DNA of 64,000 bases from positions 20,451 to 84,450 of the forward strand of contig JAZGFO010000056.1 of NCBI GenBank assembly GCA_036479655.1, in the 5' to 3' direction. The position numbers and the translations under genes were made by a program. Origin of the DNA: Saprospiraceae bacterium. Lineage in GTDB: Bacteria; Bacteroidota; Bacteroidia; Chitinophagales; Saprospiraceae. A model generated the notes under the pieces. It did no database searches, was not told the origin of the DNA, and saw only the letters and a program-made list of their open reading frames with translations. Below are positions 20,021 through 28,536 of the stretch, in pieces (the stretch's first letter is position 1; the number at the start of each line of letters is the position of its first letter).

Positions 20021-21931
20021 ATGAGTAATTACCATATCAAGCATTTAGAAGAATATTACAAAGTATATCGTAAATCAGTTAGAGAACCAGAAGTTTTTTG
20101 GGGAGAGATTGCTGAAGAGCATTTTAGTTGGCACAAAAAATGGGACAAGGTCTTAGAATGGGATTTTAAAAAGCCAGAAATAAAATGGTTTGATGGTGCA
20201 AAATTGAATATTACTGAAAACTGTATTGATAGACACCTAAGAACCAAAGGAAATAAAACGGCAATTTTATTTGAACCAAACGATCCAAACGAGGCAGCTC
20301 AACATATCACTTTTAGCCAATTGCATAAACGAGTAAATCAATTGGCAAATGTACTCAAAGGTCAAGGCATTAATAAAGGAGATAGAGTATGTATATATTT
20401 ACCTATGATACCAGAGTTGGCAATATCGTTATTGGCTTGTGCTCGTATAGGAGCTATTCATTCAGTAGTATTTGCTGGTTTTTCTGCAACTGCATTATCA
20501 ACAAGAATAAATGATTCTGATTGTAAACTTGTGATTACAAGTGATGGTTCTTACCGTGGAAGTAAAACTATAGATCTAAAAGGCATTGTAGATGAAGCTA
20601 TGGAAGAATGTCCAAATGTAAAATCGGTATTGGTTGTAAAGAGAATAAATACAGATATAAATATGAAAGATGGTCGTGACTTATGGTTACAGCCATTGTT
20701 GGATACTGCATCAGTAGATTGTATGCCAGAGATTATGGATGCAGAAGATCCATTATTTATTCTTTACACTTCTGGGTCTACTGGAAAGCCAAAAGGCATG
20801 GTACATACAACTGCAGGCTATATGGTATATACTGCATATACATTCAAGAATGTATTTAATTATAAAAGCGATGATGTTTTTTGGTGTACCGCTGATATTG
20901 GTTGGATAACCGGGCATAGCTATATTGTCTATGGCCCTTTGGCAAATGGAGCAACTACTGTAATGTTTGAAGGAGTGCCTTCTTATCCAGATTTTGGTAG
21001 ATTTTGGGAAATTATAGAAAAGCATAAGGTAAATCAATTTTATACAGCACCAACTGCAATTAGAGCTATTGCAAAACAGAGTTTAGAATTTGTAAACAAT
21101 CACGATTTGTCGTCACTCAAGGTACTTGGCTCAGTCGGAGAACCAATAAATGAAGAAGCATGGCATTGGTATAATGATAATGTTGGCAAGAAGAAAAGTC
21201 CAATTATTGATTCTTGGTGGCAAACAGAAACGGGTGGAGTAATGATATCTCCAATTCCATATGTAACACCTACAATACCTACCTATGCCACATTACCATT
21301 GCCCGGCATACAACCATGTCTAATCGATGAAAAAGGAGAGGAGATGAAAGGAAATCAAGTCGAAGGTAGATTGTGTATCAAATTTCCTTGGCCATCAATA
21401 GCAAGAACTATTTGGGGTAATCATCAACGATACAAGGACACTTATTTTTCGGCTTATGCTGACAAATACTTTACAGGAGATGGAGCATTACGTGATGCCG
21501 TTGGTTACTATCGTATTACAGGAAGAGTAGATGACGTAATTATTGTATCTGGTCATAATCTTGGTACTGCTCCTATAGAAGATGCGATAAATGAGCATCC
21601 TGCAGTAGCAGAAAGTGCAATTGTCGGATTTCCTCACGATGTAAAAGGAAATGCCCTATATGGATATGTAACACTAAAAGAAAGTGGAGAAGGTAGAAGA
21701 CATGATAATCTTAGAAAAGAAATCAACCAAATGATTACAGAGCATATTGGACCAATTGCGAAGTTAGATAAAATTCAATTTACAAATGGATTGCCAAAAA
21801 CTCGATCAGGTAAGATCATGCGTAGAATATTAAGAAAAATTGCAAGTAATGATACTAGTAATTTGGGAGACACATCGACACTACTTAATCCTGAAATAGT
21901 ACAAGAAATCATAGATAATAATGTATTGTAA
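20021..21931 (+). CDS. acs: Acetate--CoA ligase (acetyl-CoA synthetase)
   Basis: 636 aa. N-terminal YKVYRKSVREPEVFWGEIAEE, AMP-binding YTSGSTGKPKG, WWQTETGG, and C-terminal LPKTRSGKIMRRILRKIA. Confidence 0.95.
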   Translation: MSNYHIKHLEEYYKVYRKSVREPEVFWGEIAEEHFSWHKKWDKVLEWDFKKPEIKWFDGAKLNITENCIDRHLRTKGNKTAILFEPNDPNEAAQHITFSQLHKRVNQLANVLKGQGINKGDRVCIYLPMIPELAISLLACARIGAIHSVVFAGFSATALSTRINDSDCKLVITSDGSYRGSKTIDLKGIVDEAMEECPNVKSVLVVKRINTDINMKDGRDLWLQPLLDTASVDCMPEIMDAEDPLFILYTSGSTGKPKGMVHTTAGYMVYTAYTFKNVFNYKSDDVFWCTADIGWITGHSYIVYGPLANGATTVMFEGVPSYPDFGRFWEIIEKHKVNQFYTAPTAIRAIAKQSLEFVNNHDLSSLKVLGSVGEPINEEAWHWYNDNVGKKKSPIIDSWWQTETGGVMISPIPYVTPTIPTYATLPLPGIQPCLIDEKGEEMKGNQVEGRLCIKFPWPSIARTIWGNHQRYKDTYFSAYADKYFTGDGALRDAVGYYRITGRVDDVIIVSGHNLGTAPIEDAINEHPAVAESAIVGFPHDVKGNALYGYVTLKESGEGRRHDNLRKEINQMITEHIGPIAKLDKIQFTNGLPKTRSGKIMRRILRKIASNDTSNLGDTSTLLNPEIVQEIIDNNVL

Positions 21932-22297
21932 TATGCATATCAAAAAATAACACCAAATCAACATGATGCATATGAAAAACCATTTTAACCACTTAACTTG
22001 TTTGTTAAAAGAAGATACTTATGAAGTATAATATTCTATTTGCCATGTTGACAACCCACATATTGAATTTAAGGCAGAAATGATAAACAAAGACCAGTTA
22101 ATAGAAATGTAACCAACTATCCTTGGGCTACGAACTAAAAAAAATGATTCAATTGATGAAGATAAAATATTTTATTCACCTTAATTAGACTTTAAAAATA
22201 TAAGTGATAATCATTTTGAATGATTTTCTTAATCAATAATACTCAACAATTGAATTGAAAGTGAATGAATCTGACACATAATACCAATAGGGTTTAT

Positions 22298-22711
22298 CTA
22301 AAATTTTGCTATACATTGTTCTTCCATGGCACTCATTTTTAAGCTCTCCTCTTCTGATTTATCCCCATATCCTAATAGATGTAGCAAACCATGTGCTATT
22401 ACTCTAAGTAATTCGTGTTCTATAGCAGTTTTGTAAGTTTTTGCGTTTTCTATTACTCTATCTATGCTGATAAATATATCGCTTTCTATTTGTTTTCCTT
22501 CTTTGTATGGAAATGTGATAATATCTGTATAAAAATCATGATCGAGGTATTCTTTATTGATATTGAGTAAGTATTCGTCACTACAAAAAATATAGTTGAT
22601 ATTTAATATTTCTTTGTTCTCAGCAATAGCAATATCAATAAGCCATTTTTCTAATTTTTGGTTATCTGGGATAGTGTATTCAACGTCTTCATGATGAAAT
22701 AATACTGGCAT
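22298..22711 (-). CDS. ybeY: rRNA maturation RNase YbeY
   Basis: 137 aa with HGLLHLLGYGDK zinc-site motif in the form I recall from flavobacterial YbeY sequences. Confidence 0.85.
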   Translation of the reverse strand: MPVLFHHEDVEYTIPDNQKLEKWLIDIAIAENKEILNINYIFCSDEYLLNINKEYLDHDFYTDIITFPYKEGKQIESDIFISIDRVIENAKTYKTAIEHELLRVIAHGLLHLLGYGDKSEEESLKMSAMEEQCIAKF

Positions 22712-22733
22712 AAAAATTCTTTGTTTTGAAATA

Positions 22734-22764
22734 TAAAAAAAGCCTCAGTATAACTGAGGCTTTT
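22734..22764 (-). terminator. Intrinsic terminator downstream of the RsbW-like kinase gene
   Basis: Stem agcctcagt / actgaggct (22741..22761) with a 3-nt loop. On the minus strand it is followed by a T7 run (the A-run 22734..22740). Confidence 0.8.
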
Positions 22765-22785
22765 ATGGTTTTTTGTACTGTTGTA

Positions 22786-23187
22786 TCAATTAAGTTTAAA
22801 AAACATTCGGACAGTACTACCATTGTTTTCAAATGACAATTTGTCCGTCAATCGAGACATAATAAAGACACCTCTTCCACCACAGCAATCTATATTGCAC
22901 GGCGATGTTGGGTCGGGTACTTTGTCTGGATCAAAGCCTTTTCCTTCGTCTGATACAGATACGGCTACTCCTGATGATTTTTCCTCCATAATGATTTTAA
23001 CTTGTTTGCTTTCGTCTGCATTATTCCCATGTAATATGGCATTATTTACAGCTTCTGTTATACTTATCAAAATGTCAGGAAATCGATTTTCATCAATTTG
23101 CCAATCGGTTTGCACATTTTTCAAATAGGTTTCTACTTGAAAAATATTGTTTGGGTTGGATTTAATGATTAACATTATACTACTCAT
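22786..23187 (-). CDS. Anti-sigma regulatory factor-like Ser/Thr kinase (HATPase_c, RsbW/SpoIIAB-like)
   Basis: 133 aa. N-box EAVNNAILHG, G1 DEGKGF, G2 GGRGVF. Confidence 0.8.
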   Translation of the reverse strand: MSSIMLIIKSNPNNIFQVETYLKNVQTDWQIDENRFPDILISITEAVNNAILHGNNADESKQVKIIMEEKSSGVAVSVSDEGKGFDPDKVPDPTSPCNIDCCGGRGVFIMSRLTDKLSFENNGSTVRMFFKLN

Positions 23188-23237
23188 TTCATTATTGTTA
23201 TAAAATATGAAGGTAGGAAAATTTTAAAATGAAGAAT

Positions 23238-26200
23238 TTACTTAGCTTTTAGAGCTTTGTAATATTCATCTACAAGATATTTATAATACGGACGCAATGC
23301 TGGTGATACGGTTTTGTACATTTCTAACTCGGCTTCTCTCTTTTTGATATACTCTTTGAGAGAAGGCGGCATTTCTCTTTTTTTCTCCGATGCGACTTCT
23401 GCCTTGCGTTTGTTATCATATTCTCTTTGTCTTTCTGCTTTTTCAGCTTCCAATAATCTTGTCGTGATATCTTGCTGACGTTTCAGCATTTCACTATCGA
23501 GACGTTTATTTACTAAATCGGTCTCGATTTTATTCATTTGATCTATTATTCCTTCCAGCTCTTTTGTACCTCTTCCTTGTTCCTTGGCCTCTTTTTGCAT
23601 TTCTTTTAATGCTTTTCTCATCGCTGCTTGTCGAGCTGCTGCTTGGGCAAAATCTTTGGAAGAAGGTTTTTGTCCTTTTCCCATTTTTTCTTGCATTCCT
23701 TGCATCATCTTTTCCATCCCCTCACTTCCTTTACTTATTTTATCTCCTGGAACCTTTCCCGCTTTTCCTGGTCCTTTTCCTCCTGGTTTATTACACATTT
23801 GTGATCCAGGCATACTTGCCCCTGCGTCTTTTTGCATTTCTTCCATTGATTCACTAAGCATAAGTGCTAAGTCATTGACGTTTTTCATTGTTCGCCTTTG
23901 GTTGTCAGCTGCTTGAGAAGTTTTTCTTTCTTCAAGATGGGTAAGACTTTTATTCATATTAAGTTTTACCTCTGCTACTTTTTCTAAAACAAAACTTTGT
24001 ACCTTATCGTTCCTATTCGCTAAAGCAGTGAGACTATCTTCTACTAATTTAAAATCATCTTTTAATTTAAATTGTATTTGTACAAGGTCTACATATTTTG
24101 GTGCTTTGCGCTTAGTCTGGCTAAATTCTGAAATTAAGTCTTCTTGATCAAATGATAAGTTGACAAGATTTTCTAACAATTGTCTGATCATCTTTATGTC
24201 TTCTGATTGTTGTTCTTGGTCACCTCCTTCCATACTCTCTTGCAAACTCCCTGCCATATCTTTCATTTTTTTAGCAGCGTCCTTTTGTGCCCCTGAAGCA
24301 CTCTTACTATCCTTCTGTTCCATTTTGTCACTAGCATCCTCCATATCCTCTTGGATATCCTCCATTTTCTCTTCATTTTCATCTCCGAGATCCTTGGGTT
24401 GCTCTAGCTCTTCATTCTTTTCTTCTAATTCTTCAATTTCTTCTTTTAACTCTTCAAATTTTTCATTGAGTTTTTCTTGTTCTTTTTTTAATTCTTCGCT
24501 TGGGTTTTCTTCTTTTTCGGTTTTTTCAGCAAGTTTTTCTTGTTCTTCTGCTAATTTTTCTAACGCTTCAATTTTCTCTTTTACTTCTTTTTCAAGCTCC
24601 AACTGTTTGTACAATTCCATCAGTCGATCCATCTCTTTTTCTTGAGTCTCATTGTTCATTTCCATCTGCTCCATCATCTCTATTGCTTGTTCTTTCTTCA
24701 ATTCCTGCATCAATTCTTGGATTTTATCCATCAATTCCTGAGTTTTAGGATCCTTTGCTTCTTCAAACAATTCTTCGAGTCTTTCTTGCTTTTCTTCTAT
24801 TTTTTCATCTTGTTTTTTGATCTCATCTTGATTCTTCAGGTTCTCTTCAAACTTCTCCTTCGCCTTTTCCAATTTTTCTTGGATTTTCTTTTGCTCTTCA
24901 AGTAACTTTTCTAATTCCTTTTTATCCTTCCAATCTAATTCTTTTTTCTGCAAGAGTTTTTCTCTCATTTTACGATAGTTCTCTTGAAGCTTTTTCATAT
25001 CTTTTAATGACTCTTTGAGATTGTCTTTGATATCTTCTTCGTTTTGCTCTTCTTGCTCTTTTAGATCTTCGATACTAGGTTTGGCAAAGCTCATGATACC
25101 CGTTTTGGCAGATTTACTACCATTTACACCGTCATTATCTTTCACTTCAAAATAGTAAGTTACATTTTCACCTGCCTCCAGATTTAACTCTTCTATATCA
25201 AAGGTGTACTCATATTGTGCTTCTCTCGATGTTGGATCTGATAACTTTATTGTTTGTAATGGCTTACGAGAACCTTTATCAGAAGTAATATTATAATTAA
25301 ATGTAAGGCTATTTAGCCCATAATCATCACTTGCTCTACCCACAAAAAACACAATAGACTTTTCGAGGCTATCACCAAATGATTCAACCGAGATACTTGG
25401 GTATTGATCCTTGATAACATTAAGAGCGTATCCAACTGAATCTCCGTTAATTACATTTTTATTCGAAATGTAAACTTTGTAAAGATCATTATTTCTTATC
25501 CTTTTCTTAAATGAAAAATCATTTTCACCTTTTTGCTCTGCTATATGTCGGTCTGATTTTGATCCAAATTTTATTTCTACACGCTCCGTATTTAATGTGT
25601 TAAAATTCCATCTTACATAAGTCCCTTCTGGCAATACCAAATCACCAAGGTTATTTAGTACTTCATTTTTTCTGCCAGTATATTTAGGATAGTTAAGACT
25701 GACTTTAAAATTTGAAAGATTAGGTTTTGCTAATACTTTTAGTGTTTTAGTCTCTGATGTAACAGAGCCTGAAAATACTCTAAAAGGAGTATCTTTTTGG
25801 ACATTCCTTAATGTATAACTATAGGTTTCAGCATCTTCTTTTTGTAATCTATATTGAAAATTATCAACTTCAATAAATACTTCATTAGGCAATATCTTTC
25901 CTTCTATCTTTACATTTACCTTGTAATTATCATATTGAATAATAGTTGGATTGTCTTCCGATAATAAAAACTTGTATGGTGCTTCTTTCTCAAATTCTGT
26001 AGAATTATTGATAAGTCTATGCGTACCTTCTTTTATTATACTAGGTGCAGCAAATAAAATCACTAAAAAAGCTAATAAAGGAGGAAGTGCGTATTTGAGA
26101 TATTTTCTATTATTTGCAAGGTCGATTGCAGTTTTAAATGGCACTAATTTTATTGACTCTGTTTTTTGCTCAATACTTGCTTCCAAAAGTGCAATATTTG

Positions 26201-26576
26201 AAGCATTTGATTTTTGTTCTTTTAGTTGTAATATGTTTACCAGTTTATCTTCAACACCTTGAAAATGATTCCCTATAATATTAGCTGCCTGATGATGAGA
26301 TATTGTCTTTCCTAATCTAAAATATTTGGTGAGCGGGAAAATCACCCAATAAACCAACGCACTTAAAGATGTAATAATAAATGAGCCAAAAAGTATTTTT
26401 CGAATTCCTGTACTAAAATAAAAATTGTATTCCATTATGTTAAACACTAAAAACAATGCCAACACTAACCCTAAGGTATACAGACTACCTCTTATCAATT
26501 TATTTATATAAAATTTTCGGATAAACTGATCTAATTTATTTATCAGCTTATTGTAATTTACATTGCTATTGCTCAT
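23238..26576 (-). CDS. Large membrane-anchored coiled-coil protein (possibly DUF4175-like), 1,112 aa
   Basis: Predicted TM helices near the N-terminus (LYTLGLVLALFLVF, ILFGSFIITSLSALVYWVIF, LPPLLAFLVILFAAP). Then a beta-rich segment, a ~270-aa E/K-rich heptad-like region and a helical K/R/E-rich tail. The family name is from memory, not searched. Confidence 0.7.
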   Translation of the reverse strand: MSNSNVNYNKLINKLDQFIRKFYINKLIRGSLYTLGLVLALFLVFNIMEYNFYFSTGIRKILFGSFIITSLSALVYWVIFPLTKYFRLGKTISHHQAANIIGNHFQGVEDKLVNILQLKEQKSNASNIALLEASIEQKTESIKLVPFKTAIDLANNRKYLKYALPPLLAFLVILFAAPSIIKEGTHRLINNSTEFEKEAPYKFLLSEDNPTIIQYDNYKVNVKIEGKILPNEVFIEVDNFQYRLQKEDAETYSYTLRNVQKDTPFRVFSGSVTSETKTLKVLAKPNLSNFKVSLNYPKYTGRKNEVLNNLGDLVLPEGTYVRWNFNTLNTERVEIKFGSKSDRHIAEQKGENDFSFKKRIRNNDLYKVYISNKNVINGDSVGYALNVIKDQYPSISVESFGDSLEKSIVFFVGRASDDYGLNSLTFNYNITSDKGSRKPLQTIKLSDPTSREAQYEYTFDIEELNLEAGENVTYYFEVKDNDGVNGSKSAKTGIMSFAKPSIEDLKEQEEQNEEDIKDNLKESLKDMKKLQENYRKMREKLLQKKELDWKDKKELEKLLEEQKKIQEKLEKAKEKFEENLKNQDEIKKQDEKIEEKQERLEELFEEAKDPKTQELMDKIQELMQELKKEQAIEMMEQMEMNNETQEKEMDRLMELYKQLELEKEVKEKIEALEKLAEEQEKLAEKTEKEENPSEELKKEQEKLNEKFEELKEEIEELEEKNEELEQPKDLGDENEEKMEDIQEDMEDASDKMEQKDSKSASGAQKDAAKKMKDMAGSLQESMEGGDQEQQSEDIKMIRQLLENLVNLSFDQEDLISEFSQTKRKAPKYVDLVQIQFKLKDDFKLVEDSLTALANRNDKVQSFVLEKVAEVKLNMNKSLTHLEERKTSQAADNQRRTMKNVNDLALMLSESMEEMQKDAGASMPGSQMCNKPGGKGPGKAGKVPGDKISKGSEGMEKMMQGMQEKMGKGQKPSSKDFAQAAARQAAMRKALKEMQKEAKEQGRGTKELEGIIDQMNKIETDLVNKRLDSEMLKRQQDITTRLLEAEKAERQREYDNKRKAEVASEKKREMPPSLKEYIKKREAELEMYKTVSPALRPYYKYLVDEYYKALKAK

Positions 26577-26789
26577 ATTTCTTCTTATTACAATCTCTTC
26601 ATGTTAACAAAGTTATGCTACGATAGTTTCCCAATCGTTACTATATCTACAGTTAGTGTATAATATCATTAATCGAACTATAAAGTTAAATATAATATTG
26701 TGGATTGTCAAGGTGTGGTTACATAAAAATTAAAATCTCCTGTCTTTATTATATCATTCATCAAGCAACATCCTTTTGAGACTACAGAA

Positions 26790-28226
26790 TTAGTATTCTA
26801 TTTTTACCAAGCTAAGCTTAAAGTTTCTCTCACTTGGCACCAAAAATGCAGAAGAGGAAATCTGAACACCATCTCTAAATCTAAGTTTAAGGTTTTGATA
26901 GTCCGTATTGAGAAGGCTATTTCTTTCCGTATTCCCCATAGGATCTATAACATATTCACTAACTGTGTTATTTCTTTTTATTTCATCATTATAGATCAAT
27001 CTTAATCTACTAGGTGTTTTGAATAAAAAATAAGAACTAAATACACCATCATCATCTTGAGAAAATTGTTTTTTATACAATACTTTTTTCCAATATTCCG
27101 TCCCATTTGGATTAAAAGAAAAAACGATCAAATCCTCGTTGTAAATATCCAGCCACCCTCTTCCACCTGATTGATTACCTGACATTCTTGTGCGCCCATT
27201 AAATGCTGATCTTCTATAATATTCTTTATTCATTTCAGCAATCAACAAAAAACCTCCATCGCCACGTAGTACAATATCTTTAGTAATAAAATTATTTAAT
27301 CGTTTTTTCTTACTAAGTTTTTTACCATACAGATTTTCCAAAAATGAAATTTCAAACTCCTTGGACTCTATAGTCATCTCATCTTCTAATTGGCTAAATG
27401 GTATGGTCACATAAAAAAAACTTGTTGCGTCTTTTTCACTTTCTTCTGATAGTAATCCCCCAAGAATTAGTCTTTGATTTTGATTATCAATATCCATTTC
27501 AAGATCGATGGTTATCTTATTATCAAAGAAAAATTTTTGCTCAAAAAATCCTTCTTTCTTGTCTAATCCATATAATACCAAATGGTGATTGTCCCTGTCT
27601 CTATATATATTATCAACATCAAAAAGTGTAAAAACTTTTCCCTTGTTGGAAATACAGACTTTTTTAAAATCCTTTCGAACATCTAAATCGTAAATTTTTG
27701 ATTCTTTAGTCCATAAAAGATCCAAGGTATTATTATCTATTACATAAGTGTAAAACAAATTATCCTTCCTACCAGCAAATAATAGCGTTTTGGATCTATC
27801 CTGAGATACTTTAAATTTAAAAAACTTGATTTTAAAATCCGCAATTCCATTTAGCAGTGTGGTGCTGTCTATTAGGTTTACATTTTGATCATATTTTAGT
27901 GCTCGCAAATAATACAGCTTCTTTTTTCTATAGCCATATAGTATGGTAAATGATGTGTCCTGTGGAATAATCGTGTATATGTCAAGTCGATTTTCTTTAA
28001 GCTGTAGCTCTTTTCGAAACAAAAACTCCAACTCTCCATCAAATACTTCTACAATTCTCTCTTTGCCTAAGTCTCTGTATATTAATATATTATTCTCTAT
28101 TTTTCCAAGAATATCATAAGCTTTGTCATTTCTTATTTTCATTTCTTTAGACACTGTTACACGTTGTGTTTCACCATCTACAAGATACGCAAAAAAACAA
28201 ATTACTAATAAAGTGATTCTAAACAT
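26790..28226 (-). CDS. Hypothetical secreted protein (478 aa)
   Basis: Signal peptide MFRITLLVICFFAYLVDG. Long beta-rich ORF with non-repetitive composition. No motif recognised. Confidence 0.6.
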   Translation of the reverse strand: MFRITLLVICFFAYLVDGETQRVTVSKEMKIRNDKAYDILGKIENNILIYRDLGKERIVEVFDGELEFLFRKELQLKENRLDIYTIIPQDTSFTILYGYRKKKLYYLRALKYDQNVNLIDSTTLLNGIADFKIKFFKFKVSQDRSKTLLFAGRKDNLFYTYVIDNNTLDLLWTKESKIYDLDVRKDFKKVCISNKGKVFTLFDVDNIYRDRDNHHLVLYGLDKKEGFFEQKFFFDNKITIDLEMDIDNQNQRLILGGLLSEESEKDATSFFYVTIPFSQLEDEMTIESKEFEISFLENLYGKKLSKKKRLNNFITKDIVLRGDGGFLLIAEMNKEYYRRSAFNGRTRMSGNQSGGRGWLDIYNEDLIVFSFNPNGTEYWKKVLYKKQFSQDDDGVFSSYFLFKTPSRLRLIYNDEIKRNNTVSEYVIDPMGNTERNSLLNTDYQNLKLRFRDGVQISSSAFLVPSERNFKLSLVKIEY

Positions 28227-28484
28227 ATCACTAAAGTAATGAAAAACTTACGAGTTATATAATATTGTGGTTTACTTACTATCTAAGTGTTGAAAAAATG
28301 TAGTAATTATGATCTACAAATCTAATGTCAAAATAAAAGAACACCTAATGTTATTCCTTTAATAAAAAATAATTTTTAAAACATAACACCGTTTAATTAT
28401 CTCTACTATACCATTGAAATTCCATCTATTACAATTTATGATTTTTTTTAATAACTAAATACATGAATTTCAACACAATAATTT

Positions 28485-28492
28485 TAAATTTG
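28485..28492 (+). promoter_or_regulatory. Candidate -7 promoter box (TAAATTTG)
   Basis: Exact TAnnTTTG match 45 nt upstream of the TTG start at 28537. The -33 element is weak. Confidence 0.3.
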
Positions 28493-28536
28493 CTCTTCGT
28501 TCTATAAAAAACATATTTTAACATTGAAAATCAATT

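Noticed and set aside
22298-22711. YbeY appears to lack the third zinc-ligand His (HGLLHLLGYGDK instead of ...GYDH)
   Set aside because: The GY-x-DK form is what I recall from flavobacterial YbeY sequences, so it is probably lineage-typical rather than a degenerate enzyme. Not verified by alignment.
22781-23128. 115-aa plus-strand ORF overlapping the kinase gene
   Set aside because: The opposite strand encodes a protein with ordered N, G1 and G2 ATPase boxes. The plus-strand product has no motifs and odd composition.
23564-24905. Cluster of plus-strand ORFs (S/F/L-rich, 82-161 aa)
   Set aside because: They are the reverse-complement reading of the E/K-rich coiled-coil region (GAA/AAG codons give TTC/CTT). 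They have no start context or motifs, and the minus-strand ORF is continuous for 1,112 codons.
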